DNA from: an uncultured Planctomycetia bacterium
Lineage (GTDB): Bacteria > Omnitrophota > Gorgyraeia > 2-02-FULL-51-18
Direction: 5' to 3'
Length of the DNA stretch: 64,000 nt
Assembly (NCBI GenBank): GCA_964431835.1
Contig: CAYSKO010000007.1
Coordinates: 8,997-72,996, forward strand
Shown: positions 49,023 through 59,443 of the stretch, in pieces
Numbering within the stretch: the stretch's first letter is position 1
Layout of the letters: the number at the start of each line of letters is the position of its first letter
Notes under the pieces: model-generated
Databases searched by the model: none
What the model saw: the letters and a program-made list of their open reading frames with translations, nothing else
What the model was told of the DNA's origin: nothing
Position numbers and translations under genes: made by a program

Positions 49023-50420
49023 ATGAAACCGAAAGTTCTTTTTTGCGCGAGTGAAGTTGCGCCGTTCGCGAAGACCGGCGGGCTCGCCGATGTCGCCGGG
49101 TCCCTGCCACAGGCGCTGGGCAAGCTCGGCGTCGAAATGCTCGTGACCATGCCGCGCTACCGCGGTGTTCCCGAAGGGGAGCAAGCGATCGCCCCGGGCG
49201 TGCGTGTACGCTTCGTGGAGCACGAAGAATACTTCAACCGCTCGGCGCTCTACGGCAACGAGCTCGGCGACTACGCGGACAACCTCGAGCGCTTCGCGTT
49301 TTTCTGCAACCGCTCACTCGAAATCGCCAAGGAAACCGGTTTCCGCCCCGACGTCGTCCACGCGCACGACTGGCAGACCGCGCTCCTTCCCGTGTTCCTC
49401 AAGACGCGCTTGGCTCAGGATCCGTTCTTCGCCCGGACGAAAACGCTCTACACGATCCACAACCTGGCGTACCAGGGCGTGTTCGCCTCGAAACATTTTC
49501 CCGAGCTCGGCCTCGATCCGGCGCTCTTCAACATGGACGGCCTCGAGTTCTACGGCAAAATCAATCTCATGAAAGGTGGGCTTCTCTACGCGGACGCGGT
49601 CTCGACCGTGAGCCCAACGTACGCGCGCGAGATTCAGTCGAACGAGTTTGGCTGCGGCCTGGAAGGCGTGACCCGCCGCCGGGCGGAAGCCCTGCGGGGA
49701 ATTTTGAACGGCCTCGACTACGCGCACTGGGACCCGTCGGCCGACCCGGACATCGCCGAAGCCTACTCGGCCTCGAAACCGGCGGGGAAGACGGCCTGCA
49801 AGGCCGATCTCCAGCGCACGTGCGGCCTCGAAGAGAATCCGGCTGCGCCGGTGTTTGGCATCGTTTCGCGCCTCGCCGACCAAAAAGGTCTCGACCTTCT
49901 TTCGGACGTCTGCGATAAAATTTTGAAGGCGGGCGCGCAGTTCGTACTCCTGGGCGACGGCGACCCCGCGTACCGCACGACCTATAAAAACGTCGCCGCG
50001 CGGCACCCCCGGAAGGCGAGCGTCACTATTGGTTTCAGCGGCCCGCTGTCCCGCAAGATCTACGCGGGCTCGGACTTCTTCCTGATGCCCTCTTATTTCG
50101 AGCCCTGCGGCCTAGGGCAGCTGATCAGCCTGCGGTATGGCACTCTACCCATTGTTCGCGAAACAGGCGGCTTGGCGGACACTATCACCGACGCCGACAA
50201 GAACGACGAAACGGGCAACGGATTCTCTTTCAAAGAGCGCACACCCGACGCGCTCTGGAAGGCGTGCGAGCGCGCCCTCCGGTGCTGGGCCGATAAAAAG
50301 CGCATGGCGCTTCTGGTAAAGCGCGCGATGAAGGCCGATTTCTCGTGGAAGCGCTCGGCCGCGGAATACCGGGATTTTTATTCGTCGATGCTTGGCCGGC
50401 CGGCCGCGGAGGCCGCGTGA
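49023..50420 (+). CDS. glgA: Glycogen synthase
   Basis: KTGGLADV, HAHDWQ, TIHNLAYQG, EPCGLGQL, TGGLADT. Confidence 0.96.
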   Translation: MKPKVLFCASEVAPFAKTGGLADVAGSLPQALGKLGVEMLVTMPRYRGVPEGEQAIAPGVRVRFVEHEEYFNRSALYGNELGDYADNLERFAFFCNRSLEIAKETGFRPDVVHAHDWQTALLPVFLKTRLAQDPFFARTKTLYTIHNLAYQGVFASKHFPELGLDPALFNMDGLEFYGKINLMKGGLLYADAVSTVSPTYAREIQSNEFGCGLEGVTRRRAEALRGILNGLDYAHWDPSADPDIAEAYSASKPAGKTACKADLQRTCGLEENPAAPVFGIVSRLADQKGLDLLSDVCDKILKAGAQFVLLGDGDPAYRTTYKNVAARHPRKASVTIGFSGPLSRKIYAGSDFFLMPSYFEPCGLGQLISLRYGTLPIVRETGGLADTITDADKNDETGNGFSFKERTPDALWKACERALRCWADKKRMALLVKRAMKADFSWKRSAAEYRDFYSSMLGRPAAEAA

Positions 50421-51022
50421 TCGTCGTCGGAGTCACAGGCTCGTTCGCATCGGGCAAAAGCGCGGCCACGACCCTCTTTAAAAAACAGGGCGCGGTGGTG
50501 TTCGACGCCGACGTCTCGGCACGGGGCGCTCTCGAGAAGGGTAAACCGGCCTACAGGGCCGTCGTGAAGCTCTTCGGCGGGAAGATCCTCGGCAAGAACG
50601 GGCAGATCGACCGCGCGGCCCTCGCCAAGCGCGTTTTCTCGAACCCGAAAGAGCTTAAAACGCTCGGCATCCTGGTTCATCCGGCCGTCATCATGGACGC
50701 GCTCGAAATCATGGACCGGACGAAGAAAAAGAAGGGTATACTCGTTCTCGACGTGCCCCTCCTTTTCGAATCGAAGATGGACAATCTCGCGGATTTCACG
50801 GTGCTCGTGAAAGCCCCGGCCAAAGCGACCCTCGCGCGCGCCTCGCAGCGCGGCGTGGACGCGGCCCTCGCGAAGAAGATCCTCGCGGCGCAGTGGCCGC
50901 CCGAGAAGAAGGCGAAGCTCGCGGATTACGTGATCGAGAACGCGAGCACCCTCGCGGACCTCGAGAAAAAAGTAAAAGAAACGGCCGCGAAAATCCGCGA
51001 AGCCGCCGCAAGTTTAGGTTAA
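50417..51022 (+). CDS. coaE: Dephospho-CoA kinase
   Basis: GVTGSFASGKS, FDAD, IDRAAL, DVPLLFE; GTG start. Confidence 0.94.
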   Translation: MIVVGVTGSFASGKSAATTLFKKQGAVVFDADVSARGALEKGKPAYRAVVKLFGGKILGKNGQIDRAALAKRVFSNPKELKTLGILVHPAVIMDALEIMDRTKKKKGILVLDVPLLFESKMDNLADFTVLVKAPAKATLARASQRGVDAALAKKILAAQWPPEKKAKLADYVIENASTLADLEKKVKETAAKIREAAASLG

Positions 51023-51046
51023 CTAAAAAGGAGAGAAAGAAATAAG

Positions 51047-52309
51047 ATGGACATCGATCTGGCGAAACTCAAGAAAATGAAGATGCCCGAGCTGAACCAG
51101 CTGGCACACGAGATGAAGGTGGACGGCGTGAGCGGGCTGAAGAAGCAGGACCTCATCTTCAAGATCCTGCAGGCCCAGCCCCAGCAGTCGACGGGCGGCG
51201 TGATGACGGGCGAAGGCGTGCTCGAAATCCTGCAGGACGGCTTCGGCTTCCTGCGTTCGCCGAATTACAACTACCTCCCGTGCCCGGACGATATTTACGT
51301 CTCTCCGTCGCAGATCCGGAAGTTCAACCTGCGTACCGGCGACACGGTTTCCGGCCAGATCCGTCCCCCGAAAGAGGGAGAGCGCTACTTCGCGCTTCTC
51401 ATGGTGAACAAGGTCAATCTCGAGGAGCCTCACGAGGGCCGCGACAAGATTCTGTTCGACAACCTGACGCCTCTTTACCCGCACGAGAAGTGGAATCTGG
51501 AAGTCGCGCAGGCGGAAGTCTCGACGCGCATCCTGGACCTTCTCGCTCCGATCGGCAAGGGCCAGCGCGCGCTCATCGTGGCGCCGCCGTACAGCGGTAA
51601 AACCGTGCTCATGCAGAAGATCGCGAACGCGGTGACCTCGAACCATCCCGACGCCGTCCTCATCGTCCTCCTCATCGACGAACGTCCGGAAGAAGTCACG
51701 GACATGCAGAGGAACGTGAAGGGCGAGGTCGTCTCGTCCACGTTCGACGAACCGGCCGAGCGCCACGTGCAGGTCGCCGAAATGGTCATCGAGAAGGCCA
51801 AGCGCCTCGTCGAATCGAAGAAGGACGTCATCATCCTCCTCGACTCGATCACGCGTCTGGCGCGCGCCTACAACACGACCGTGCCCCACTCGGGCAAGAT
51901 CCTGTCGGGCGGCGTGGATTCGAACGCGCTCCATAAACCGAAGCGTTTCTTCGGCGCCGCGCGCGCGGTCGAAGAAGGCGGATCCCTCACGATCATCGCG
52001 ACCGCGCTCGTCGACACCGGCTCGCGCATGGACGAAGTCATCTTCGAAGAGTTCAAGGGCACGGGCAATTCGGAAGTCCAGCTCGACCGCAATCTCTTCC
52101 AGCGCCGCATCTATCCGGCCATCGACATCAAGAAGTCGAACACGCGCCGCGAGGAACTGCTGGTCGAGAAGGACGATTTGGCGAAGATCTGGATCCTCCG
52201 CAAAGTCCTGAACGAGCTGAATTCGTCCGAAGCGATGGAGCTCCTCATCGAAAAGGTGTCCAAGGCCAAAACGAATAAAGACTTCCTGAAAAGTATGAAT
52301 CGTGCTTAA
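51047..52309 (+). CDS. rho: Transcription termination factor Rho
   Basis: [44 protein letters not shown]. Confidence 0.98.
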   Translation: MDIDLAKLKKMKMPELNQLAHEMKVDGVSGLKKQDLIFKILQAQPQQSTGGVMTGEGVLEILQDGFGFLRSPNYNYLPCPDDIYVSPSQIRKFNLRTGDTVSGQIRPPKEGERYFALLMVNKVNLEEPHEGRDKILFDNLTPLYPHEKWNLEVAQAEVSTRILDLLAPIGKGQRALIVAPPYSGKTVLMQKIANAVTSNHPDAVLIVLLIDERPEEVTDMQRNVKGEVVSSTFDEPAERHVQVAEMVIEKAKRLVESKKDVIILLDSITRLARAYNTTVPHSGKILSGGVDSNALHKPKRFFGAARAVEEGGSLTIIATALVDTGSRMDEVIFEEFKGTGNSEVQLDRNLFQRRIYPAIDIKKSNTRREELLVEKDDLAKIWILRKVLNELNSSEAMELLIEKVSKAKTNKDFLKSMNRA

Positions 52310-52340
52310 ATAGGCGACCTAAAGGGAGAATCAAAGCGCC

Positions 52341-52544
52341 ATGAAAGAGAAGATCCACCCCAAGTACCATGAAACGACCATCACCTGCCTCTGCGGGAAC
52401 GTGATCCACACGCGCTCCACCAAGCAGAATATCCGCGTCGAAATCTGCGCAAGCTGCCACCCGTTCTTCACCGGCAAGCAGAAGTTCCTCGACACGGCCG
52501 GCCGCATCGAGAAGTTCGAGAAGCGGTACAAGAAGAAGGCTTAG
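52341..52544 (+). CDS. rpmE: 50S ribosomal protein L31 (zinc-binding form)
   Basis: [21 protein letters not shown]. Confidence 0.97.
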   Translation: MKEKIHPKYHETTITCLCGNVIHTRSTKQNIRVEICASCHPFFTGKQKFLDTAGRIEKFEKRYKKKA

Positions 52545-52552
52545 GTCACTTT

Positions 52553-52620
52553 AACCGGACTCCGTCCGAGGGCGAGCGCCGCAACCCGGCGCAGACCTGA
52601 ACGCGGGGTCCGGTTTTTTA
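52553..52620 (+). terminator. Long hairpin with T tract after rpmE
   Basis: AACCGGACTCCG/CGGGGTCCGGTT basal stem, apical GCGCCG/CGGCGC stem, then T run. Confidence 0.6.
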
Positions 52621-52633
52621 TTTCCCCGCCCCC

Positions 52634-53692
52634 ATGCGATTCCTGAGGAAAGCCGAAGAGAAAGAGAAACGCTACGAAGAGGTGAAGAGCCTCCTCGAGG
52701 ACCCCGCCATCGGCGGCGACCCGACGAAAGTCCGCGACCTCGGCAAGGAATACCGGCAGCTCCAGAAGATCCACGAGCTCTATTCCGAGCACAAGAAACT
52801 CGAAGCGGAAACCGAAGGCGCCCGCAAAATGGCCGGCGATAAATCCCATCCCGAAATGATGGAGCTCGCCCAAGGGGAGCTCACCGAGCTCGAAGCGCAG
52901 ACCAAGAAAACCGTGAAGGATCTGGAAGCACTGCTCGTTCAGGACGACCCGGTGCTTCTCCGGAACGTCCTCCTCGAAATCCGCGCGGGAACTGGCGGGC
53001 TTGAAGCCGCGAGTTTCGCGGGCGAGGTGTTCCGCATGTACTCGCGCTTCTCCCAGAAGAACGGTTTCAAGGTGGAGGTCCTTTCCTCTTCCCCCGGAGA
53101 CGCTGGCGGCTTCAAGGAAATCATCGCGAACGTGATTGGCGAAGGCGCGTACGGCCGCTTCAAGTTCGAAAGCGGCACGCACCGCGTCCAGCGCGTCCCG
53201 GCCACCGAGGCTCAAGGGAGAATCCACACGTCGGCCATCACCGTCGCGGTCCTTCCCGAAGCCGAGGAGGTCGACGTGGAAATCAGGACCGAGGATTTAA
53301 AAATCGACGTTTTCCGCTCGGGCGGCCCCGGCGGGCAGTCGGTGAATACCACCGACTCGGCCGTCCGCATCACGCATCTGCCGTCCGGCCTCGTCGTCTC
53401 GTGCCAGGACGAAAAGTCCCAGCTTAAAAACAAACAGAAGGGCCTGAAGGTCCTGCGCGCGCGCCTTTTCGACAAGATCACGAGCGAGCGGAACGCCGAA
53501 ATCGCCAAGCAGCGCAAACAGCAGGTCGGCTCGGGCGACCGCTCCGAAAAAATTCGCACCTACAACTTTCCCGATCGCCGCGTGACCGACCACCGCGTGG
53601 GTCTTACGCAGTACAATCTCGAAGCCGTCATGCAGGGCGAGATCGAGCCGTTCATCGAAGCGCTCTACGAAGACGAATTCGAGAAGTCTTGA
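52634..53692 (+). CDS. prfA: Peptide chain release factor 1
   Basis: PAT motif in VQRVPATE, GGQ motif, IRTYNF. Confidence 0.97.
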   Translation: MRFLRKAEEKEKRYEEVKSLLEDPAIGGDPTKVRDLGKEYRQLQKIHELYSEHKKLEAETEGARKMAGDKSHPEMMELAQGELTELEAQTKKTVKDLEALLVQDDPVLLRNVLLEIRAGTGGLEAASFAGEVFRMYSRFSQKNGFKVEVLSSSPGDAGGFKEIIANVIGEGAYGRFKFESGTHRVQRVPATEAQGRIHTSAITVAVLPEAEEVDVEIRTEDLKIDVFRSGGPGGQSVNTTDSAVRITHLPSGLVVSCQDEKSQLKNKQKGLKVLRARLFDKITSERNAEIAKQRKQQVGSGDRSEKIRTYNFPDRRVTDHRVGLTQYNLEAVMQGEIEPFIEALYEDEFEKS

Positions 53693-54564
53693 GCGAAGCG
53701 GCCCGGGAGAATCTCGCGCTCCTTAAAAATGTAGAGAAAGCGCTCGCAAAGGGCCGCGTGGTTTCCGCGGCGGCGGAGGCCGAGATCCTCGTGCGGCATT
53801 ACGCGAAGCTCGGAAGGGTCGATTTCTTCGCGGGGAGCCGGAACGTGCCGCCTGCGGCCCGGAAAAAAATCGAGAAGGCCGTCGCGAAGCGCGTGAAGGG
53901 GATTCCGCTCGGGCAAATCCTGGGGGAAGCCGATTTTTACGGCCGGACGTTCGCCGTCGACCGGCATGTTCTCGTCCCGCGGCCCGAAACCGAGGTCCTC
54001 GTCGAGGAGACCTTGAAGGCGCTCACGGAAACGGGCCTCCGGGCCCCGGAAACGCTCGATTTATGCACGGGCTCGGGGTGCATCGCCGTTTCGTTGACTT
54101 TGGAGCGTCCCGATTGTAAAATGACCGCTCTCGACGTCTCTCCCAAGGCGCTTCGCATCGCCCGTAAGAACGTGGAGAAACACGGGTTACGGAAAAAGGT
54201 CCGGTTCTTGAAGGGGGACCTTTTCGAAGCGTTCGGCAAGGGAAAGAAAGCTTTTTGGGACGTCATCGTCTCGAATCCGCCTTACATCCCCCGAAACGAG
54301 CTCAAGAAACTGCCGCGCGAAGTGCGCCGCGAACCGCGCGTCGCGCTGGACGGCGGCGAAGCCGGACTCAACGTGATCCGGAAAATTTTGGACGAAGCGC
54401 CGCGTTATCTCAAGGCTCCTGGGCGGCTTCTCCTCGAGATCGGCAAGGGCCAGTCGCGCGCTCTCGCGAAAGATCTCGCGCGGCGGCCGGAATATTCGGA
54501 TTGGAAGTTCGTCAAAGACCACACGGGCATCGAGCGCATTCTGACGGTGAGAGTAAATGGATAA
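53689..54564 (+). CDS. prmC: Release factor glutamine methyltransferase
   Basis: VLVPRPETE, DLCTGSGCI, SNPPYI, ALDGG. Confidence 0.95.
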   Translation: MSEAARENLALLKNVEKALAKGRVVSAAAEAEILVRHYAKLGRVDFFAGSRNVPPAARKKIEKAVAKRVKGIPLGQILGEADFYGRTFAVDRHVLVPRPETEVLVEETLKALTETGLRAPETLDLCTGSGCIAVSLTLERPDCKMTALDVSPKALRIARKNVEKHGLRKKVRFLKGDLFEAFGKGKKAFWDVIVSNPPYIPRNELKKLPREVRREPRVALDGGEAGLNVIRKILDEAPRYLKAPGRLLLEIGKGQSRALAKDLARRPEYSDWKFVKDHTGIERILTVRVNG

Positions 54565-55828
54565 ATTGGTCATCGAGGGCGGCAAACGCCTCGAGGGAAC
54601 GGTGAGCGTGAGCGGCGCGAAGAACGCGTCGCTTCCGATCCTCGCCGCCACCGTCCTCACGAAGGAAAAATCCGTCGTGAAGAACGTGCCCGAAGTCGCG
54701 GACATCTTCACGATGGTGAAGATCCTGAAAACGATGGGCGCGAAGGTTTCGTTCGAGAAGAACGTGGTCCAGGTCGATCCGTCGGGCATCAAGAATCCGG
54801 TGCTGACGTACAAGATCGTCTCCACGATGCGCGGCTCGATCTGCTTCCTTGGGCCGCTCCTGGCGCGCTTCAACGAAGCCACCGTGTCTTTCCCGGGCGG
54901 CTGCGTCATCGGCCCACGCCCGATCGATCTCCACATCAAGGGCGTGCGCGCGCTCGGCGCGGAAGTGACGCTCGAAAAAGGTTACGTCACCGCGAAAGCG
55001 AAGAACGGTCTCAAGGGCGCACGGATCTTCCTCGGCGGCGCCTTCGGTTCGTCGGTGCTCGGCACGGGCAACGTCATGATGGCGGCCACGACGGCGAAGG
55101 GAAAGACCGTCATCGACAACGCGGCCTGCGAGCCGGAAGTCGTGGATCTCGGCAATTTTTTGAAGAAGATGGGCGCGAAGATCGAGGGGCTCGGCTCGCC
55201 CTCCATCGAAGTGGAAGGCGTGAAGAGCCTTAAGGGCGCCGTCCACTCCGTCATTTCGGACCGCATTGAAGCCGGCACGTACATGATCGGCTCGGCGATG
55301 ACGAAGGGCGACGTGACGCTCACCAATTTCGATCTTTCGATGATGGGCGCCATGCTCGACAAGCTCCGCGAAGCCGGCGTGAACGTAACCGAGAAAAACG
55401 GCCACGTGCGCGTGCGCCGCGAGCGCATCCTCCGGCCCGTGTCGGTGACGACGCTCCCGTATCCCGGCTACCCGACGGATCTCCAGGCGCAGATGATGGC
55501 GCTCATGTGCGTGGTGCCCGGCATCAGCGTGATCACCGAAAAAATTTACCCCGAGCGCTTCATGCACGTCGCCGAACTCAACCGCATGGGCGCGTCCATC
55601 ATGCTCGAGGGCCCGTCGGCGATCGTTAGCGGCAAGAAGAAGCTTTCGGGCGCGCCGGTCATGGCGTCCGATCTTCGCGCGTCGGCCGCGCTCGTCCTCG
55701 CCGGCCTCGTGGCCGAAGGGGAAACCGAAGTGCGTCGCATTTATCACCTCGACCGCGGTTACGAGCGGCTCGTGGACAAGCTGGGCTCGCTCGGCGCCAA
55801 AGTGCGCCGCGAGAAAGATTACAACTAG
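54557..55828 (+). CDS. murA: UDP-N-acetylglucosamine 1-carboxyvinyltransferase
   Basis: GAKNA, PGGCVIGPRPIDLH, DRIEAGT, PTDLQAQ, HLDRGYE. Confidence 0.97.
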   Translation: MDKLVIEGGKRLEGTVSVSGAKNASLPILAATVLTKEKSVVKNVPEVADIFTMVKILKTMGAKVSFEKNVVQVDPSGIKNPVLTYKIVSTMRGSICFLGPLLARFNEATVSFPGGCVIGPRPIDLHIKGVRALGAEVTLEKGYVTAKAKNGLKGARIFLGGAFGSSVLGTGNVMMAATTAKGKTVIDNAACEPEVVDLGNFLKKMGAKIEGLGSPSIEVEGVKSLKGAVHSVISDRIEAGTYMIGSAMTKGDVTLTNFDLSMMGAMLDKLREAGVNVTEKNGHVRVRRERILRPVSVTTLPYPGYPTDLQAQMMALMCVVPGISVITEKIYPERFMHVAELNRMGASIMLEGPSAIVSGKKKLSGAPVMASDLRASAALVLAGLVAEGETEVRRIYHLDRGYERLVDKLGSLGAKVRREKDYN

Positions 55829-55858
55829 AACCGAACAATCCCGGAAGGGGGTGAATGT

Positions 55859-56110
55859 ATGGCAGTCGTTATTCGTCTGAAATCGACCGGCACCAAGAAG
55901 AAGATCAAGCACCGCGTCGTCGTCACGGACTCGAAGTTCCCGCGCGACGGGCGTTTCCTCGAAGAAGTGGGTTATTGGGACCCTTCGAAGGAGCCCGCGG
56001 AAATGAAGATCAAGACGGACCGCGTGGAGTTTTGGATTTCCAAGGGCGCGAAGCCTTCGGACACCGTCCGCTCGATCCTCAAGAAGGTCGGAGTGAAGTA
56101 CGGTCAGTAA
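55859..56110 (+). CDS. rpsP: 30S ribosomal protein S16
   Basis: VIRL, PRDGRFLEEVGY, GAKPSDTV. Confidence 0.96.
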   Translation: MAVVIRLKSTGTKKKIKHRVVVTDSKFPRDGRFLEEVGYWDPSKEPAEMKIKTDRVEFWISKGAKPSDTVRSILKKVGVKYGQ

Positions 56111-56128
56111 GGACAGGAAAGAAAAGCC

Positions 56129-56911
56129 GTGAAGGTCGTCGTCCTCACGCTCTTTCCCGGCATGTTCGAGTCGTTTCTTTCGCACTCGATCATGAAACGG
56201 GCTTTGGCGGCGGGCACGGTCAGCGTAAACGCGGTCGATATCCGCGATTACGCCCACGACAAGCACCGGACGGTGGATGACCGTCCGTTCGGCGGCGGCC
56301 CGGGCATGCTGATGAAGCCCGAGCCGATCTTCGAAGCGGTCGATGCGCTCTTCGGAAAGCGTCCCAAGAAGAAAGGGCGCCGGTTCGTTTACATGAGCCC
56401 ACAGGGGAAACGGCTGGATCATGCGACGGCGGCCGGCCTGGCGAAGGCGGACGAACTGGTGGTGCTCTGCGGCCACTACGAGGGCGTGGACGAACGCGTG
56501 GTCGAGGCGTTCGTCACCGACGAAGTCTCCATCGGCGACTACGTCCTGACCGGCGGGGAACTGCCGGCCATGGTTTTGATCGACACGGTCACCCGGCTGA
56601 TCCCAGGGGTGCTCGGCAGGGAGGAATCGAAGGAATTTGAATCTTTTTGCGGGAATCTGCTAGAATACCCGCAATATACGAGGCCCGCCGTTTATCGCGG
56701 CAAGCAGGTCCCCCCGGTGCTCCTCTCGGGAAACCACAAGGCGATCGAGGGTTGGAGGAAGGAAGAGGCGCTCAAGCGTACGCGCGAGAGAAGGCCGGAT
56801 CTCCTTCACGGGGAAGAAGTTACGGTTAGTTCCAAGAAGGTAAAAGGAGAAGGTCATGCATCCGCTGTTGAAGGCGCTCGAAGCCGAGCAAATCAAAAAA
56901 GACATCCCTAA
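56129..56911 (+). CDS. trmD: tRNA (guanine37-N1)-methyltransferase
   Basis: [40 protein letters not shown]. Confidence 0.97.
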   Translation: MKVVVLTLFPGMFESFLSHSIMKRALAAGTVSVNAVDIRDYAHDKHRTVDDRPFGGGPGMLMKPEPIFEAVDALFGKRPKKKGRRFVYMSPQGKRLDHATAAGLAKADELVVLCGHYEGVDERVVEAFVTDEVSIGDYVLTGGELPAMVLIDTVTRLIPGVLGREESKEFESFCGNLLEYPQYTRPAVYRGKQVPPVLLSGNHKAIEGWRKEEALKRTRERRPDLLHGEEVTVSSKKVKGEGHASAVEGARSRANQKRHP

Positions 56912-57236
56912 GTTCCGCGTGGGCGACACGATCAAGGTGTCGGTGAAGGTCGAAGAAGGCGATAAGACCCGCACACAGACCTTCGAAGGCACTGTCATGA
57001 AGAGGCAGGGTTCGGGTATCCGTGAAAGTTTCACGGTGCGCCGCACTTCTTTCGGCGAGGGCGTCGAGAGGGGTTTCCCGGTCCATAGCCCGAACGTGCA
57101 GAAGATCGAGCTCGTCCGCTCCGGCAAAGTGCGCCGCGCGAAGCTGTATTATCTCAGAGATCAGAAGGGTAAGAGAGGCAAGATTGAGGAAGAGCGCAGG
57201 CGCGAAGAGGCGGTTCCGACTCCTCCTTCGGCATGA
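56856..57236 (+). CDS. rplS: 50S ribosomal protein L19
   Basis: [28 protein letters not shown]. Confidence 0.97.
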   Translation: MHPLLKALEAEQIKKDIPKFRVGDTIKVSVKVEEGDKTRTQTFEGTVMKRQGSGIRESFTVRRTSFGEGVERGFPVHSPNVQKIELVRSGKVRRAKLYYLRDQKGKRGKIEEERRREEAVPTPPSA

Positions 57237-57888
57237 CGCGGATTTCCTGAACCGGGGTTTCCTGTCCCTGGCGGGCGTAGACGAGGTCGGTAGGGGTCCC
57301 CTTGCGGGACCGGTAGTGGCCTCGGCTGTGATCGTCAGGGACGCTTCATTTTCGTGCGCCATCGACGACTCCAAAAAGTTGTCGCCCGCATCCCGGGAAG
57401 TGGCGTACAGGGAAATCCTTCAGAAAGCCCACGTCGCCGTAAGCGTGAAGGATCATACGGTGGTCGACGAGCTCAATATCTTTTGGGCGTCGATGGCCGC
57501 GATGAAGGACGCCGTGCGCCGCTTGCCTTCCACCCCCGATTACGTGATCGTGGACGGCAACCACGTCCCCGATTTCGAGCAAGACAAAGACGTCCGCCGC
57601 GCCGCCCTCGTGAAGGGCGACTCCAAATCCCTCGCGATCGCCTGCGCCTCCATCGTCGCGAAAGTGACCCGCGACCGCATCATGGAAGAGTACGACAAAG
57701 TTTATCCCCAGTACGGCTTCAAATCCCACAAAGGCTACTGCACGCGCGAGCACGTCACCGCACTCCTCGCGCATGGCCCGACCCCGATCCACCGCCGCAG
57801 CTTCGAACCCGTGAAATCCCTCGTCGAAGGCCGCTCCCCGGGCCTCCGAATGAAAGATTGCCAGCCCCGCGGCTCCAATTTAGAATAG
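57184..57888 (+). CDS. rnhB: Ribonuclease HII (start uncertain)
   Basis: [45 protein letters not shown]. Confidence 0.95.
   Translation: MRKSAGAKRRFRLLLRHDADFLNRGFLSLAGVDEVGRGPLAGPVVASAVIVRDASFSCAIDDSKKLSPASREVAYREILQKAHVAVSVKDHTVVDELNIFWASMAAMKDAVRRLPSTPDYVIVDGNHVPDFEQDKDVRRAALVKGDSKSLAIACASIVAKVTRDRIMEEYDKVYPQYGFKSHKGYCTREHVTALLAHGPTPIHRRSFEPVKSLVEGRSPGLRMKDCQPRGSNLE
57858..57886 (+). promoter_or_regulatory. Putative sigma70 promoter for leaderless guaA
   Basis: TTGCCA, 17 bp, TAGAAT; ATG 8 nt downstream with no SD. Confidence 0.6.
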
Positions 57889-57894
57889 ACCTCC

Positions 57895-59433
57895 ATGGAA
57901 ACCCTTTTAATCATCGACTTCGGTTCCCAGTACAACCAGCTCATCGCCCGCCGGGTGCGCGAGTCGAAGGTGTACTGCGAGATCGTTCCGCCCACGATCA
58001 CCGCCGACCAGATCCGCGCCAAAGGGAACGTAAAGGGGATCATCCTTTCCGGCGGCCCGGCGAGCGTGTACTTAAAGAACGCGCCTCAGCTCGACGCGGG
58101 CTATCTCGAGCTCGGCCTTCCGATCTTCGGCATTTGCTACGGCATGCAGGCCCTTTCGCATCTTTTGGGTGGCAAGGTCTGCCGCGCGGAAGAGAAAGAA
58201 TTCGGCCGCGCCGATCTTTTCGTGAAAAGCTCCGGCGGCTCGCTCTTTAAGGGCGTCCCCCGGAAGTCTATTTCCTGGATGAGCCACGGCGATTACGTTT
58301 CGATCATGCCGAAAGGCTTCCAGACCACTGCCTTTACGAAGAACACCAAAGTCGCCGCATTCGAGAACGACGCGAAGAAGATCTACGGCGTCCAGTTCCA
58401 CCCCGAGGTCGCGCACTCCGAGCACGGTAAGAAGGTGATCGAGAACTTCATTAAGGTCTGCGGTTTCAAGAAGTCGTGGACGATGGAGAACTTCATCAAG
58501 GAGAAGACCCGCGAGATCAAGGAGAAGGTCGGGACCGACCACGTGATCCTCGGCCTCTCGGGCGGCGTGGATAGCTCCGTCGCCGCCGCGCTCATGGCGA
58601 AGGCGCTCGGGAAGCAGCTCACCTGCATTTTCGTGAACAACGGCCTGCTAAGGAAGAACGAGGTCGAGTACGTCCGCCAGGCATTCGCCGGCAAATTCAA
58701 TTTCAATCTCGACATCGTGGACGCCGAGAAGCATTTCCTCACCGCGCTGAAAGGCGTCACGGACCCGGAGAAGAAACGCAAGGTCATCGGCCACGAGTTC
58801 ATCTACGCCTTCGACCGCGAAGCGAAGAAAATCAAGAACGCGAAGTGGCTCGGGCAGGGGACGCTGTACCCCGACGTGATCGAGAGTAAGTCCGCCTTCG
58901 GCGGCCCCACCGCCGTCATCAAGAGCCACCACAACGTGGGCGGCCTCCCTGAGAAGATGAAGCTCAAGCTCATCGAGCCCCTCCGCGAGCTTTTCAAAGA
59001 CGAGGTCCGCGAGCTCGGGAAATCGCTCGGCCTCCCGAAAGAGCTCGTATGGCGCCACCCGTTCCCGGGCCCCGGCCTGGCCGTGCGCGTCTTGGGAGAA
59101 GTCACGAAGGAACGCTGCGACATTTTAAGGGAAGCCGACCACCGCTTCCTGGAAGAACTCCACAAGAGCGGCCTCTACACGAAGATCTGGCAAGCCTTCG
59201 CCGTCCTCCTCCCGGTCCGCTCCGTGGGCGTCATGGGCGACGAACGCACCTACGACAACGTCGTCGCCCTCCGCGCCGTCACCAGCGTCGACGGCATGAC
59301 CGCGGACTGGTTCGATATGCCGAAGGAAGTTTTGGGAAAAGTTTCTAACAGAATCATTAACGAAGTCAAAGGCGTGAACCGCGTCTGCTACGACGTGTCT
59401 AGTAAACCCCCGGCGACTATTGAATGGGAATGA
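57895..59433 (+). CDS. guaA: GMP synthase (glutamine-hydrolysing)
   Basis: [42 protein letters not shown]. Confidence 0.98.
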   Translation: METLLIIDFGSQYNQLIARRVRESKVYCEIVPPTITADQIRAKGNVKGIILSGGPASVYLKNAPQLDAGYLELGLPIFGICYGMQALSHLLGGKVCRAEEKEFGRADLFVKSSGGSLFKGVPRKSISWMSHGDYVSIMPKGFQTTAFTKNTKVAAFENDAKKIYGVQFHPEVAHSEHGKKVIENFIKVCGFKKSWTMENFIKEKTREIKEKVGTDHVILGLSGGVDSSVAAALMAKALGKQLTCIFVNNGLLRKNEVEYVRQAFAGKFNFNLDIVDAEKHFLTALKGVTDPEKKRKVIGHEFIYAFDREAKKIKNAKWLGQGTLYPDVIESKSAFGGPTAVIKSHHNVGGLPEKMKLKLIEPLRELFKDEVRELGKSLGLPKELVWRHPFPGPGLAVRVLGEVTKERCDILREADHRFLEELHKSGLYTKIWQAFAVLLPVRSVGVMGDERTYDNVVALRAVTSVDGMTADWFDMPKEVLGKVSNRIINEVKGVNRVCYDVSSKPPATIEWE

Positions 59434-59443
59434 GAAGGTAAGC

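Noticed and set aside
52553-52615. Hairpin as SRP RNA or tRNA
   Set aside because: Lacks the SRP GGAAGGAAGCAG core and tRNA T-loop or cloverleaf features
54512-56476. 654-aa minus-strand ORF, and similar long ORFs opposite lptD, ugd, gatB and polA
   Set aside because: They mirror confidently identified plus-strand genes; stop-codon scarcity is expected at this GC content
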